Shown: positions 18,793 through 27,241 of the stretch, piece after piece
How the letters are laid out: the number at the start of each line of letters is the position of its first letter
Numbering within the stretch: the first letter of the stretch is position 1
IMG/VR virus record: IMGVR_UViG_3300000571_000003
Location: 21,812-85,811 of that record
Reading direction: 5' to 3' (one strand)
Source: a virus
Taxonomy: Duplodnaviria; Heunggongvirae; Uroviricota; Caudoviricetes
DNA length: 64,000 nt
Made by a program: the position numbers and the translations under genes
Notes under the pieces: generated by a model
The model's input: only the letters and a program-made list of their open reading frames with translations
Database searches by the model: none
What the model was told of the DNA's origin: nothing

Positions 18793-19340
18793 TTAGTTTT
18801 AATAATTTTTCCTATTTCCTTCATCTCTTCAAATGTAAATATATTACTTTTGAAGGTATTGCAGAGACCGCAAGCCAATACTATATTGTTAATTTCATAA
18901 AAGAAATCACCGTTCATCCTATCTATCGTTAGTCTCTTGCCGTGCTTTCCATCATTCATTAATGAGACTTTTTCCTCTGGTACTCCACAATACACACATA
19001 TTTTTTCTTGAGCTTTATACCATAAGACAAACTCATCTCTAGATATAATAACATTTTTAACTCCACGCTTTATTAGACCCCGGTAAACCCCCCTGGGTGA
19101 TGCCGAGTATTTTTGTCTTATCTGCTTTCTCCTTACAGAATTTTTTGCAGTCCATTCTCTATTATACTTCGCATACTTTTCCTTATTATTTTTTCTATTT
19201 TTTACAGAAGCAGAATAGCAACACTCCCTACAAACAGTAGCAATACCATCCGTATTCTTTCTTGGATTCTTATAGACCCTAGAGGTCTTATAAAATTCCG
19301 TATTTTCTTTTTCTTTTAAACATTTTGTGCAAGTTCTCAT
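18774..19340 (-). CDS. HNH homing-endonuclease-like protein
   Basis: LTIDRMNGDFFYEINNIVLACGLCNTFK HNH core plus N-terminal Cys cluster. Confidence 0.5.
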   Translation of the reverse strand: MRTCTKCLKEKENTEFYKTSRVYKNPRKNTDGIATVCRECCYSASVKNRKNNKEKYAKYNREWTAKNSVRRKQIRQKYSASPRGVYRGLIKRGVKNVIISRDEFVLWYKAQEKICVYCGVPEEKVSLMNDGKHGKRLTIDRMNGDFFYEINNIVLACGLCNTFKSNIFTFEEMKEIGKIIKTKWKNIC

Positions 19341-19372
19341 ATATTATATTATACAAGAACAGACAAATTGTG

Positions 19373-19612
19373 TCAAATCTTCTCCCTTGGTAAAAACTCA
19401 TTCAATATCGCTATGTTCTCCTCCGTATGCTTCAGATTCCGAACGAACTTCCCGCACTTCGCACAATACGCCTGAATATGAAACGTGTAGAGCGGGACGA
19501 AGCTGTTTTGTTCGTGCAACCTCCGCATATTCTCACTCGTGAAGAACTTCACCTTTATGGCAAAGTCATTCATGCCTTCAGCGTCTCGGTAGTGGCAGGT
19601 ATCACATGTCAT
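19373..19612 (-). CDS. small Cys-containing hypothetical protein
   Basis: 79-aa ORF, CDTCH ... CAKCGK. Confidence 0.35.
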   Translation of the reverse strand: MTCDTCHYRDAEGMNDFAIKVKFFTSENMRRLHEQNSFVPLYTFHIQAYCAKCGKFVRNLKHTEENIAILNEFLPREKI

Positions 19613-19783
19613 AGGCTTTTACTCCTCGATAATAAAAGTTTTGTTATAGCCGAAGTAAAAAACATTCTACAGCTTCCACACTGACTGCGCCCATGGCCTT
19701 GCGACATAATACTTTTATGTTGGCATCTTTCAAAAATACCTCCCCTTTTTAGATCCTCTATGGTTATTTTTTTAAACATATTT

Positions 19784-20104
19784 TTATAAGTCCTTATTAT
19801 TATTATTTAATATTTCCCATAGGTCGTCGTAATCTTTCAATGGAATCTCCTTCCCATTCTTTGACGTTATCGTTCCCTTCTTCCACTTCTCGCCCCAATC
19901 AAGTTCCCACAAATAATAACCAATCCAATCACTATCATCATTCACCGCATCTTTCAATAAATCAACTACCATTTCTGTATATTTATCTATATGAAATCCT
20001 CCAAAATCAGTTGAAAACTTCTTTAAAGCAATATCAACCTCTTTCTCCGCATCTAATAGTTCCCTTAAATCTTTTAATGTCTTTATAAACAATTCTTTTT
20101 TCAT
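19784..20104 (-). CDS. hypothetical protein
   Basis: 106-aa ORF, stop/start overlap with neighbour. Confidence 0.45.
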   Translation of the reverse strand: MKKELFIKTLKDLRELLDAEKEVDIALKKFSTDFGGFHIDKYTEMVVDLLKDAVNDDSDWIGYYLWELDWGEKWKKGTITSKNGKEIPLKDYDDLWEILNNNNKDL

Positions 20105-20316
20105 ATATTAAATAATTTTTCTATTTTATTTACAAGCCACTTATAATTCATTCCACAGTTTTTGCAAAGAGGAACACCATTCACTTCTTCTAAATCCTCC
20201 TGAATACCTAATAAATAATCCTTTAACATAGCCCATGTCCAAAGAGATTCTTTATGACATTCACACATGCACCCTATTAATATGCAATCCTGATCACATA
20301 TCCTGCAAATGCCCAT
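20101..20316 (-). CDS. small Cys-rich protein
   Basis: CRICDQDCILIGCMCECH, CKNCG. Confidence 0.4.
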   Translation of the reverse strand: MGICRICDQDCILIGCMCECHKESLWTWAMLKDYLLGIQEDLEEVNGVPLCKNCGMNYKWLVNKIEKLFNI

Positions 20317-20322
20317 AGTAAT

Positions 20323-20517
20323 TTATTCCTCAATTATTATAAAAACGTCTTCAGACCACACTTCTTCAAACTTACCGTCTCTCTCTATCAAATACTTCTT
20401 TCCCTTAACATAATCACAATAGCCGTCTGGGAATTTTCCTTCTGTTGCCCCTATTATTGAAACAAGTTCATATTTATCCTCTCCGTCTTTTTTTACTCTT
20501 AGATATCCTTTCTTCAT
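20323..20517 (-). CDS. hypothetical protein
   Basis: 64-aa ORF. Confidence 0.4.
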   Translation of the reverse strand: MKKGYLRVKKDGEDKYELVSIIGATEGKFPDGYCDYVKGKKYLIERDGKFEEVWSEDVFIIIEE

Positions 20518-20699
20518 AAATTAATCATTGTATGGATTATCTTTAACCGTCTTTTTTATTCTACTAACTCTTTTATTCCCAAGAAAATTCTCAAATCTTT
20601 TCTTTATCTTATCACAAACTAAACAACCTTCTTGAAAATTCTCTAACGCAAGCTCATATATATGATCTGCATCATAAATAGATAAAGATATTCTCATGG

Positions 20700-21008
20700 C
20701 TATTTACCTTTATTCTTTATTTTTCCCTTTTTCTTTATCTCCTTCTTTTTCTTCTTTAAATCAACAACAAGTTCTTCCTCCTTTTTCTTCTCATCTCCAA
20801 CCTTTACTTCTTCACGCTCACTACTAGCCAATACAACACCAAAATTAAGGCTATTAAAGTCATAATTAAACCCTATAACACCATATTTATCCTGACACTG
20901 AAGTAAAAACGCTCTGAAACTCTCATCAATCCTATAAAATGCCGTTCCATCAGTCTTTATATACTTCGCAGGTATTGTAATATCAATGGCTATTAATTCT
21001 TTTTCCAT
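20700..21008 (-). CDS. hypothetical protein with Lys-rich tail
   Basis: C-terminus KKKKKEIKKKGKIKNKGK. Confidence 0.45.
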   Translation of the reverse strand: MEKELIAIDITIPAKYIKTDGTAFYRIDESFRAFLLQCQDKYGVIGFNYDFNSLNFGVVLASSEREEVKVGDEKKKEEELVVDLKKKKKEIKKKGKIKNKGK

Positions 21009-21017
21009 ATATTTTAT

Positions 21018-21230
21018 TTATTCTATCTTATGTCCTTTTTTAGAAAATGTTATATTTAAATTATCTTCTTTAAATTTATCATACGTTTCACCAAAATACT
21101 CTGCAACTTCAGTAAGAAGAATTTTCATAGCCTCACGTTCATCATCGTCGTATATAACGCTCTTAGTATTACCTTCACTGTGTTTTTGAAGAATAAAACC
21201 ATTATCACAAGACTCTATTGTTAATTTCAT
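21018..21230 (-). CDS. hypothetical protein
   Basis: 70-aa ORF. Confidence 0.45.
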   Translation of the reverse strand: MKLTIESCDNGFILQKHSEGNTKSVIYDDDEREAMKILLTEVAEYFGETYDKFKEDNLNITFSKKGHKIE

Positions 21231-21234
21231 ATAT

Positions 21235-21645
21235 TTATTTATAAAAATTTTTTATCCAATCAATAAATGATTCTTTTGTTAATTCAACATCATTATATAC
21301 TCCTTTTGTATCACCTCTTGTATCACCTCCTACTCCACCTACTTCTGAAAGCTTTCTACTTAAATCACTATTCTTTTTATTTTCCTCTTTTATTTTTATC
21401 TCCTCTTCTTGTTTTCTCTTATTCTCAATTATTTTTTTATTTAATTTATCTTCAAGATCTGCTAATGATATACCGACTTTCATATAAAATAAAACCCTAT
21501 CGCAAATAAATTTTTCATGAGCATAATATCTGACAACAAAATTAGAATTACTCAAACCATTATTAACTAACCGTATATCAATACCGTTGTCTCTATGTAA
21601 TCTTCTTACAATCTTTTCATATTTTTCTAATTCATATATGTTCAT
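21235..21645 (-). CDS. hypothetical protein
   Basis: 136-aa ORF overlapping helicase stop. Confidence 0.5.
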   Translation of the reverse strand: MNIYELEKYEKIVRRLHRDNGIDIRLVNNGLSNSNFVVRYYAHEKFICDRVLFYMKVGISLADLEDKLNKKIIENKRKQEEEIKIKEENKKNSDLSRKLSEVGGVGGDTRGDTKGVYNDVELTKESFIDWIKNFYK

Positions 21646-24407
21646 AATTTCCTTTTTTTAGATTCTTCTTTCATAAGTTTAAGAAGATCTGACATTACAC
21701 TTGTTTGTTTCTTTTTAATAATCTTACCATCTATTAATTGATCAAAAATATCTTGCTTTTTTACTAATAGTTCCCTTATAACATTATCAATTGTGTTATT
21801 AACATAAAGCTGATAAATGGCTATAGATTCTGAGGTTGACCCAATTCTATGAATCCTATCTATGGCTTGAGCATGATCACTTGGAAGAAAACTGTAATCA
21901 AGAAATACAACATTTGTAGCCGCAGTTAATGTTATACCAATACCAGCACTTTTAATACCTCCAAAGAATATCTTCTTATTTGGATTTAATTGAAAGTCCT
22001 CAACAATACTCTGTCTTTCTTTTGCATCAACAGAACCAATAAGTAAAACAGATTCATTCTTAAATATATTATGCAACTGTTCTAATGGTTCATTATAGCA
22101 AGAAAACACAACAACCTTCTCACCGCTATCAACTATATCCCTTATAAGATCTTCTGACTCCTGTTTCTTTCCTCTCGTTGTTATCTGTCTTAAATATCCA
22201 AGCTTTACCAATCCTTCTGCTCTCATTGATTTTTCTACACCTTCTTCGTCTTTTCCTTGTACATCATAGAGATAATCAATGAAATCATTTTCAGCCATAT
22301 TATATTCCTGTCTCATTTGATCTGATAATTTCACGGGAATATTTATAAATCTCTTTTCCGGAAGTTCTTTGAGAACCTGTGCCTTTGTTCTTCTAAGAAA
22401 ATATCTCGATATCCTTCCCTGTAACTCCTCCATGTTTGATGCTCCCTTATCGTTCCATCCAAATCTATCATTAAAAGCGGCACAATATTTTGTCGCATAC
22501 ATATAATAATTATTCCATACATTCGCATCCATCATAGCAAGACCATTGAATAACTCATTTGGTCTAGATAGAAGTGGAGTTCCTGACAAAAGAATGTTTG
22601 ATTTAATATTCTTTGCTAAAAGTTTTGTGAGTTTTGATCTCCGTGCCCGGGAATTTTTAATACAATTCGAAACTAAAACTCCTTCTGCAAAATAATTATT
22701 ATTACTGTCTATTTCAAGGTTATAAACGAATTTATTTTCTGTACTATTAAATCTGGATTCTCCAGAATCTCCTCGTTCCAAAATCTCAATACTGACCACC
22801 CTAGATATTCTAATACCTCCGTTTTTCTTCTGTCTAAGTATTTCCATTTCTTTGTCTTGTGAGTTAAGCCATCCACCTCTATTGCTACTTTTTTCTCTAC
22901 ATAAGCTAAATCTACAGAATAATGATTTGGCAAGCATTCGAATACTTTCTTTGCATCTCCTGTTGGTATTGAATATTCCATCTTTAGACCAGTTAGTTCC
23001 ATTAACATTCTTTGTGGTTTTGTTATCGTACCATTTCCTCCACGTTTTAAAAATGAAGGATGTTCGCCCCACCATCTTTTTTGTCCAGCTCTTAATTTTT
23101 TTATAAACTCCGGATCTTTGTTCATTCTTTTCATTCTCTCCGAGGCTTTTGGTTTTTTTGTTCCAATATTCGCTTTCTGTGCTATTTTTATTATTTCTCG
23201 TTGTCTCTCCTTTATATGTGGAAGATTCGTTCTCCATTTTGCTGAACAAGATGTTCCACAAAAACGTCTTTTTTCCGATACTATACCTTGTGATTTTATA
23301 TAAAAATCCACAGAACAAATTAGACATCTTTTTTTTACTAAAGGTTTCCTGTTCCTTTGAAGAGCTGCTATTGTTTGAGGAAGCGTATTTACATATTTCC
23401 CATTGCAAGAAAGACAACAAAGTTTTGCGGTTGTCTTTCCCTTCTTTCTCGTAAGAAACATCTTCTTGCAAAATAGACAATTCCTCTCCACTAGATAAAT
23501 GTATTGCTTCTTTAAATCCGGAGGTGGTCCATATTTTATGATTCTCTGTACAAATGATTTCTCCATATTCATGAATTATTTTTACCATTTTAAATGGAGA
23601 TAAATTTTTAAAATAATTATTTATCTTCTTATATTCTAATTCATTATTAGATAAATTACAAGACAACACGGACAAAGACATTTTTCCCTCAACTATGTCT
23701 CCTATTTTTAATAATCCAATATTTGTCATTACCTCTGTTTCATATGGAAAGCAATGAAACTCGTCTATTATCAAGCATTCAAACTTAATCTTGCTTAGAC
23801 CATCAAAAAACTTATGCAATAAATCATAATTAATTATTACTACATCAATACTCTTGGGGATATCTTTTAATTTTGAATCCCCGTCTATGACAAAAGAAGA
23901 TAAGTGTGTCCACTTCTTAACTTCATTTTCCCAGTTATATTTTACAGACGCAGGACATATAACTAATGTTTTTTTTACCTCCTCATGGGCTACATAGGCC
24001 AATGCCTGTACCGATTTTCCAATTCCCATCTGATCAGCCAGTATAGCCCTACCCTTATTATTCACAAAAAACTGAACACCAACCTTCTGATACGGAAACA
24101 ATTCCCCGGCATCATGCTTTATATTCTTTACCTCAAAATCAGTATTCATCATCGCCTTTATCATTATTGCCGTATCAGCTATCCTTTTATTCTCCTCAAG
24201 TTCTTTTGGAATTTCAGTATACGGATACTTCTTCTTTATCTCAAAAGCTATTCTGTCATCATGAAATCTCCATTTATTCTCATTCCAAGCAAACTCCTTC
24301 CATCCATATTTCTCCTTTAATGAGCGACAAAACTCTAAAACATCTGTGTTAAATTTAAAAGTAAAGGCATACGAGTGATAAGTTGTCTTCTCTATCTCAA
24401 CTTTCAT
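21642..24407 (-). CDS. SNF2-family DNA helicase/translocase interrupted by an intein
   Basis: ILADQMGIGKSVQA (motif I), LIIDEFH (motif II) split from IKNSRARRSKL...ILLSGTPL (motif III) by 363 aa; C-terminal helicase motifs SAGIGITLTAATNVVFLD and QAIDRIHRIGS. Confidence 0.8.
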   Translation of the reverse strand: MKVEIEKTTYHSYAFTFKFNTDVLEFCRSLKEKYGWKEFAWNENKWRFHDDRIAFEIKKKYPYTEIPKELEENKRIADTAIMIKAMMNTDFEVKNIKHDAGELFPYQKVGVQFFVNNKGRAILADQMGIGKSVQALAYVAHEEVKKTLVICPASVKYNWENEVKKWTHLSSFVIDGDSKLKDIPKSIDVVIINYDLLHKFFDGLSKIKFECLIIDEFHCFPYETEVMTNIGLLKIGDIVEGKMSLSVLSCNLSNNELEYKKINNYFKNLSPFKMVKIIHEYGEIICTENHKIWTTSGFKEAIHLSSGEELSILQEDVSYEKEGKDNRKTLLSFLQWEICKYASSNNSSSSKEQETFSKKKMSNLFCGFLYKITRYSIGKKTFLWNILFSKMENESSTYKGETTRNNKNSTESEYWNKKTKSLGENEKNEQRSGVYKKIKSWTKKMVGRTSFIFKTWRKWYDNKTTKNVNGTNWSKDGIFNTNRRCKESIRMLAKSLFCRFSLCREKSSNRGGWLNSQDKEMEILRQKKNGGIRISRVVSIEILERGDSGESRFNSTENKFVYNLEIDSNNNYFAEGVLVSNCIKNSRARRSKLTKLLAKNIKSNILLSGTPLLSRPNELFNGLAMMDANVWNNYYMYATKYCAAFNDRFGWNDKGASNMEELQGRISRYFLRRTKAQVLKELPEKRFINIPVKLSDQMRQEYNMAENDFIDYLYDVQGKDEEGVEKSMRAEGLVKLGYLRQITTRGKKQESEDLIRDIVDSGEKVVVFSCYNEPLEQLHNIFKNESVLLIGSVDAKERQSIVEDFQLNPNKKIFFGGIKSAGIGITLTAATNVVFLDYSFLPSDHAQAIDRIHRIGSTSESIAIYQLYVNNTIDNVIRELLVKKQDIFDQLIDGKIIKKKQTSVMSDLLKLMKEESKKRKL
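22665..23753 (-). mobile_element. intein (363 aa) in SNF2 helicase DExH box, with low-complexity linker instead of in-frame endonuclease
   Basis: Begins CFPYETEVMTNIGLLKIGDIVEG (block A), block B ICTENHKIWT, ends KFVYNLEIDSNNNYFAEGVLVSN followed by Cys; central region in frame 0 is K/N/S-rich filler. Confidence 0.65.
22709..23572 (-). CDS. DUF559/Vsr-like endonuclease with zinc-ribbon N-terminus, encoded out of frame entirely inside the helicase intein
   Basis: 287-aa ORF in +1 frame relative to host gene; CLFCKK..CCLSCNG and CLICS..CGTSC pairs; C-terminus VDLAYVEKKVAIEVDGLTHKTKKWKYLDRRKTEVLEYLGWSVLRFWNEEI is the hallmark of DUF559 (EVDG.H ... GW.VLRFWN.E). Confidence 0.55.
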   Translation of the reverse strand: MNMEKSFVQRIIKYGPPPDLKKQYIYLVERNCLFCKKMFLTRKKGKTTAKLCCLSCNGKYVNTLPQTIAALQRNRKPLVKKRCLICSVDFYIKSQGIVSEKRRFCGTSCSAKWRTNLPHIKERQREIIKIAQKANIGTKKPKASERMKRMNKDPEFIKKLRAGQKRWWGEHPSFLKRGGNGTITKPQRMLMELTGLKMEYSIPTGDAKKVFECLPNHYSVDLAYVEKKVAIEVDGLTHKTKKWKYLDRRKTEVLEYLGWSVLRFWNEEILENPDLIVQKINSFITLK

Positions 24408-24410
24408 AAT

Positions 24411-24635
24411 TTATAATATTTCTAATATATCTTTTATCTTTTTTCCTTCTTTCTTAAATGCAATTATTTTCTTAATATCCTTCAATGCCTCTGACCTTTT
24501 AAAGACCTTCATCTTACCAACAAGGTATTCTGGATTTAATAATCCCTGATTACAATAATAATTGAGCATGCTTTTATTTATGCCCAATTCTATCGCAAGA
24601 TCACCTAATGACGCTACGTCTTCACCTTTTTTCAT
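24411..24635 (-). CDS. MerR-like HTH DNA-binding protein
   Basis: LGDLAIELGINKSMLNYYCNQGLL helix-turn-helix; first gene after promoter copy 2. Confidence 0.45.
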   Translation of the reverse strand: MKKGEDVASLGDLAIELGINKSMLNYYCNQGLLNPEYLVGKMKVFKRSEALKDIKKIIAFKKEGKKIKDILEIL

Positions 24636-24681
24636 ACTCCATTAATTAATGTTTAAAAAAAGTATATCGCTATCTTTAAAT

Positions 24682-24710
24682 AGTATAGCATATTTATCAT
24701 CACTTGTCAA
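24682..24710 (-). promoter_or_regulatory. sigma70-type promoter (family copy 2) driving minus operon 24635->16880
   Basis: Minus strand aCTTGACAAGTgatgataaatATGCTATACTatt: TTGACA-17-TATACT. Confidence 0.6.
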
Positions 24711-24794
24711 GTATAATTATTGCCATATCATTTATTATTTAAATATATATGGTATAATATAGAATATAATATATTTATTTATTCTAAATAACAT

Positions 24795-25076
24795 ATGGAA
24801 AAAAAATTATTCTCCACAAGAGACATATATTTAGCATCAACACTTATAACACTTAAATTTTACATGATTAACATAGACTATCAGATCGAAGGTGATAGAA
24901 ACAGACCAGTAGGATACTTCAGTTTTGAAGAAACAGCTATATTAAAGGATGCATGCCAGAAATACCTACAAGGCTTACTTTCAGTTGAACCAAAGGCTTT
25001 TGTGACAAATCTACATAGTTTAAAATCAACAATTACCAATGTTTATCATAATCCAAACAATATTACAGAGAAATAG
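24795..25076 (+). CDS. hypothetical protein
   Basis: 93-aa ORF divergent from MerR-like gene. Confidence 0.4.
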   Translation: MEKKLFSTRDIYLASTLITLKFYMINIDYQIEGDRNRPVGYFSFEETAILKDACQKYLQGLLSVEPKAFVTNLHSLKSTITNVYHNPNNITEK

Positions 25077-25079
25077 AGC

Positions 25080-25108
25080 TTGACAAGTATTCAAAAATAT
25101 GCTATACT
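25080..25108 (+). promoter_or_regulatory. sigma70-type promoter (family copy 3)
   Basis: cTTGACAagtattcaaaaatatgcTATACTga, 17-nt spacer. Confidence 0.65.
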
Positions 25109-25117
25109 GATTTCAAG

Positions 25118-25247
25118 ATGAACTTTTCAATAAAATATCGATAGAACCGTATACATAATATGGTTTATGGGTGTGTTGCGGCACCTTAAGATGACTCTCT
25201 TAAAGAGTATACGGCGCAACCCGTATACTCTTTCAGAGAGTTTTTTT
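25118..25247 (+). ncRNA. candidate ~130-nt small RNA or leader/attenuator bracketed by promoter and terminator
   Basis: No ORF >9 codons between promoter copy 3 and a 20-bp-stem terminator; contains GTTGCGGCACC that can alternatively pair with GGCGCAAC in the terminator loop region. Confidence 0.3.
25195..25247 (+). terminator. strong intrinsic terminator
   Basis: CTCTCTTAAAGAGTATACGG-CGCAAC-CCGTATACTCTTTCAGAGAG (20-bp stem, 1 mismatch) followed by TTTTTTT. Confidence 0.7.
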
Positions 25248-25272
25248 ATATAAATTATCTTATTAAATATAT

Positions 25273-26202
25273 ATGAAGGAATCATTCTACTTCTCACATG
25301 ATTACAACGCAAGAAATGACCAAAAAATATTAATGATAAGAAGTAAATTTGGACTAGCCGGATATGCCCTTTTTTGGATGTGTATAGAGAGCATGGCAGA
25401 GGACACAAATGGGTACATAAATAGAGATGCGATAGGTGGTCTTTCTGTGGCTTATGGCCTCCCCAATGGCCACCCTATAGGCCTCCCCAATGGCCACCCG
25501 TATGGCCTAAAACAGGAGGCCATTTTTACACTCGAAAATTTCATAGATTACTGTATAGAAATAAAAATTTTTTCAGAAATAACAGACGAAAAGGGCAATA
25601 AAAATATACTCTCAAAAAGATTATTAAAGCATAAAGAATTTCGTTCTATTTTAAGCACTTCTGGAAAAAAGGGAGCAATTGCTAGATGGGAAGAAAATAG
25701 CCACCCTATAAGCCACCCTAATGGGGAGGCCTATGGCAAAGAGAGTAAAGTAAAGAAGAGTATAGTAAAGAAAACTAAAGTAGGGAATCCGAGCGAGGGC
25801 TCGGTTTCAGATCAGAAAGAAGAAACTACCAATGACTCTCTACTCTCACTTCTTGATTCAGACCCCCCCTCTGGTAATCCTGAAGATTCATACACTACCC
25901 CAACTGGTGAATTTGATTACGGAAAATATATTGATGACATGATAAAAAATGATAAGAATTTTCATGTCAGAATAATCGCCTGTTATCTTCAAATGAAAGA
26001 TCTGAAATTCTTCTCAAAGGAAGATGTGAGTAAAGCGATAATAAGAAATTCAAGAATTGCCATGAAACTGACTAGTTATCCAATAGACGCAATTGATCTG
26101 ACAGCTGAATTCCTCTGCAACGATAAATACTGGAAAAATGAATGGACATTAGAGACCATCCAAAAATACATAAATGACCCAAGAGTTTATCAGAAGAAAT
26201 AA
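25273..26202 (+). CDS. putative replication initiation protein (Lin1244/DUF4373-like N-terminal domain)
   Basis: N-terminus FYFSHDYNARNDQKILMIRSKFGLAGYALFWMCIE matches the YF.HD.NA.ND.K...L....G..GYG.FW pattern of phage replisome organiser N-domains; internal PNGHP repeats. Confidence 0.45.
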   Translation: MKESFYFSHDYNARNDQKILMIRSKFGLAGYALFWMCIESMAEDTNGYINRDAIGGLSVAYGLPNGHPIGLPNGHPYGLKQEAIFTLENFIDYCIEIKIFSEITDEKGNKNILSKRLLKHKEFRSILSTSGKKGAIARWEENSHPISHPNGEAYGKESKVKKSIVKKTKVGNPSEGSVSDQKEETTNDSLLSLLDSDPPSGNPEDSYTTPTGEFDYGKYIDDMIKNDKNFHVRIIACYLQMKDLKFFSKEDVSKAIIRNSRIAMKLTSYPIDAIDLTAEFLCNDKYWKNEWTLETIQKYINDPRVYQKK

Positions 26203-26356
26203 AACATTAATAAAAATAGGGGTATGAAGAAGCTCTCTGATATGGCAAATCTCCTAATAGGTGCCCCGCACAGTAGTTTTACAGCGATTTTTGATACATA
26301 GGCCATATCACGCATCTGGAAGCCCTTAAAACGCAATTTTAGCCTCAAAAAACTTT

Positions 26357-27241
26357 ATGAATAAAAAAATAATAGGAATAACCTTTGATAGATTTAGGGG
26401 AAAGTGGGTAGCGCAAGTAGGAAATAAGTTTTTTCGTAAACGCTTCAATACGAGAAAAGAGGCTATTATAGCTCGTATAACAGCAGAAAGAGAATATAAT
26501 AAAATTTTAGTAGAAAAAGAAAAACTTAGATTACAAAACAGAATTATTAAAAAATGTTACATATGTAGTGTTTCTGGAGTTGACTGGAGATCAAAAGACT
26601 TTGTAAATAGAGTTATATTCTCTAAAAGACATAATGGATTTTTTTGTACCAAACACCTTCATCACATGGATAGACACGGTAAAATACTGGAAAGAACTAT
26701 TTATGACCGTAATGATTATGTGATAGACGGTGATATCTGTAGGATGAATCTTTATTCTAGAAATGGAAAAAAATCAGGAGTTACTACGTTTAATAAAATA
26801 CATATACCATTGATTTTAAAACATAAATGGTTTTTAAAACATGGAAGAAATACTAAATATGCAAATACAATGCTTCCGAAAGAAAGAAAACATATTGGAC
26901 TTCACTTATTAATCCTTTGTAAAAAGGAAGGATTTGAAATAGACCATATTGACGGAAATGGACTTAATAACACAGATGAAAATCTTAGATATGCAAGTCG
27001 TTCTGAAAATTCATGCCATCTAACATTCCTTAAAAAAAATAATACAAGCGGGGCAATAGGAATCTATCGTGATAAAAGATCTGGCAACTGGGTTGCTTTT
27101 ATTACTGTCAATAAAAAAAGATATTATTCCGGAAGGGTATTTAAAAATAAAGAAGATGCAATAAGTGCCAGAATAGAGCTAGAAGAAAAATATCATGGAG
27201 TGTTCGCAAATAATATAAACAAAAACCTTTATGTCTCATAA
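26357..27241 (+). CDS. HNH homing endonuclease with two AP2-type DNA-binding domains
   Basis: FRGKWVAQVGNKFFRKRFNTRKEAIIARITAEREY and GNWVAFITVNKKRYYSGRVFKNKEDAISARIELEEKY AP2 domains; EIDHIDGNGLNNTDENLRYASRSENSCH HNH core. Confidence 0.65.
   Translation: MNKKIIGITFDRFRGKWVAQVGNKFFRKRFNTRKEAIIARITAEREYNKILVEKEKLRLQNRIIKKCYICSVSGVDWRSKDFVNRVIFSKRHNGFFCTKHLHHMDRHGKILERTIYDRNDYVIDGDICRMNLYSRNGKKSGVTTFNKIHIPLILKHKWFLKHGRNTKYANTMLPKERKHIGLHLLILCKKEGFEIDHIDGNGLNNTDENLRYASRSENSCHLTFLKKNNTSGAIGIYRDKRSGNWVAFITVNKKRYYSGRVFKNKEDAISARIELEEKYHGVFANNINKNLYVS

Noticed and set aside
22343-22528. 61-aa minus-strand ORF inside the helicase C-terminal region
   Set aside because: It is out of frame within a conserved helicase domain and spurious.
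25127-25408. Minus-strand ORF overlapping the sRNA/terminator region
   Set aside because: It runs antisense through a 20-bp-stem terminator and into the start of the replication gene. It has no promoter or start context on that strand.
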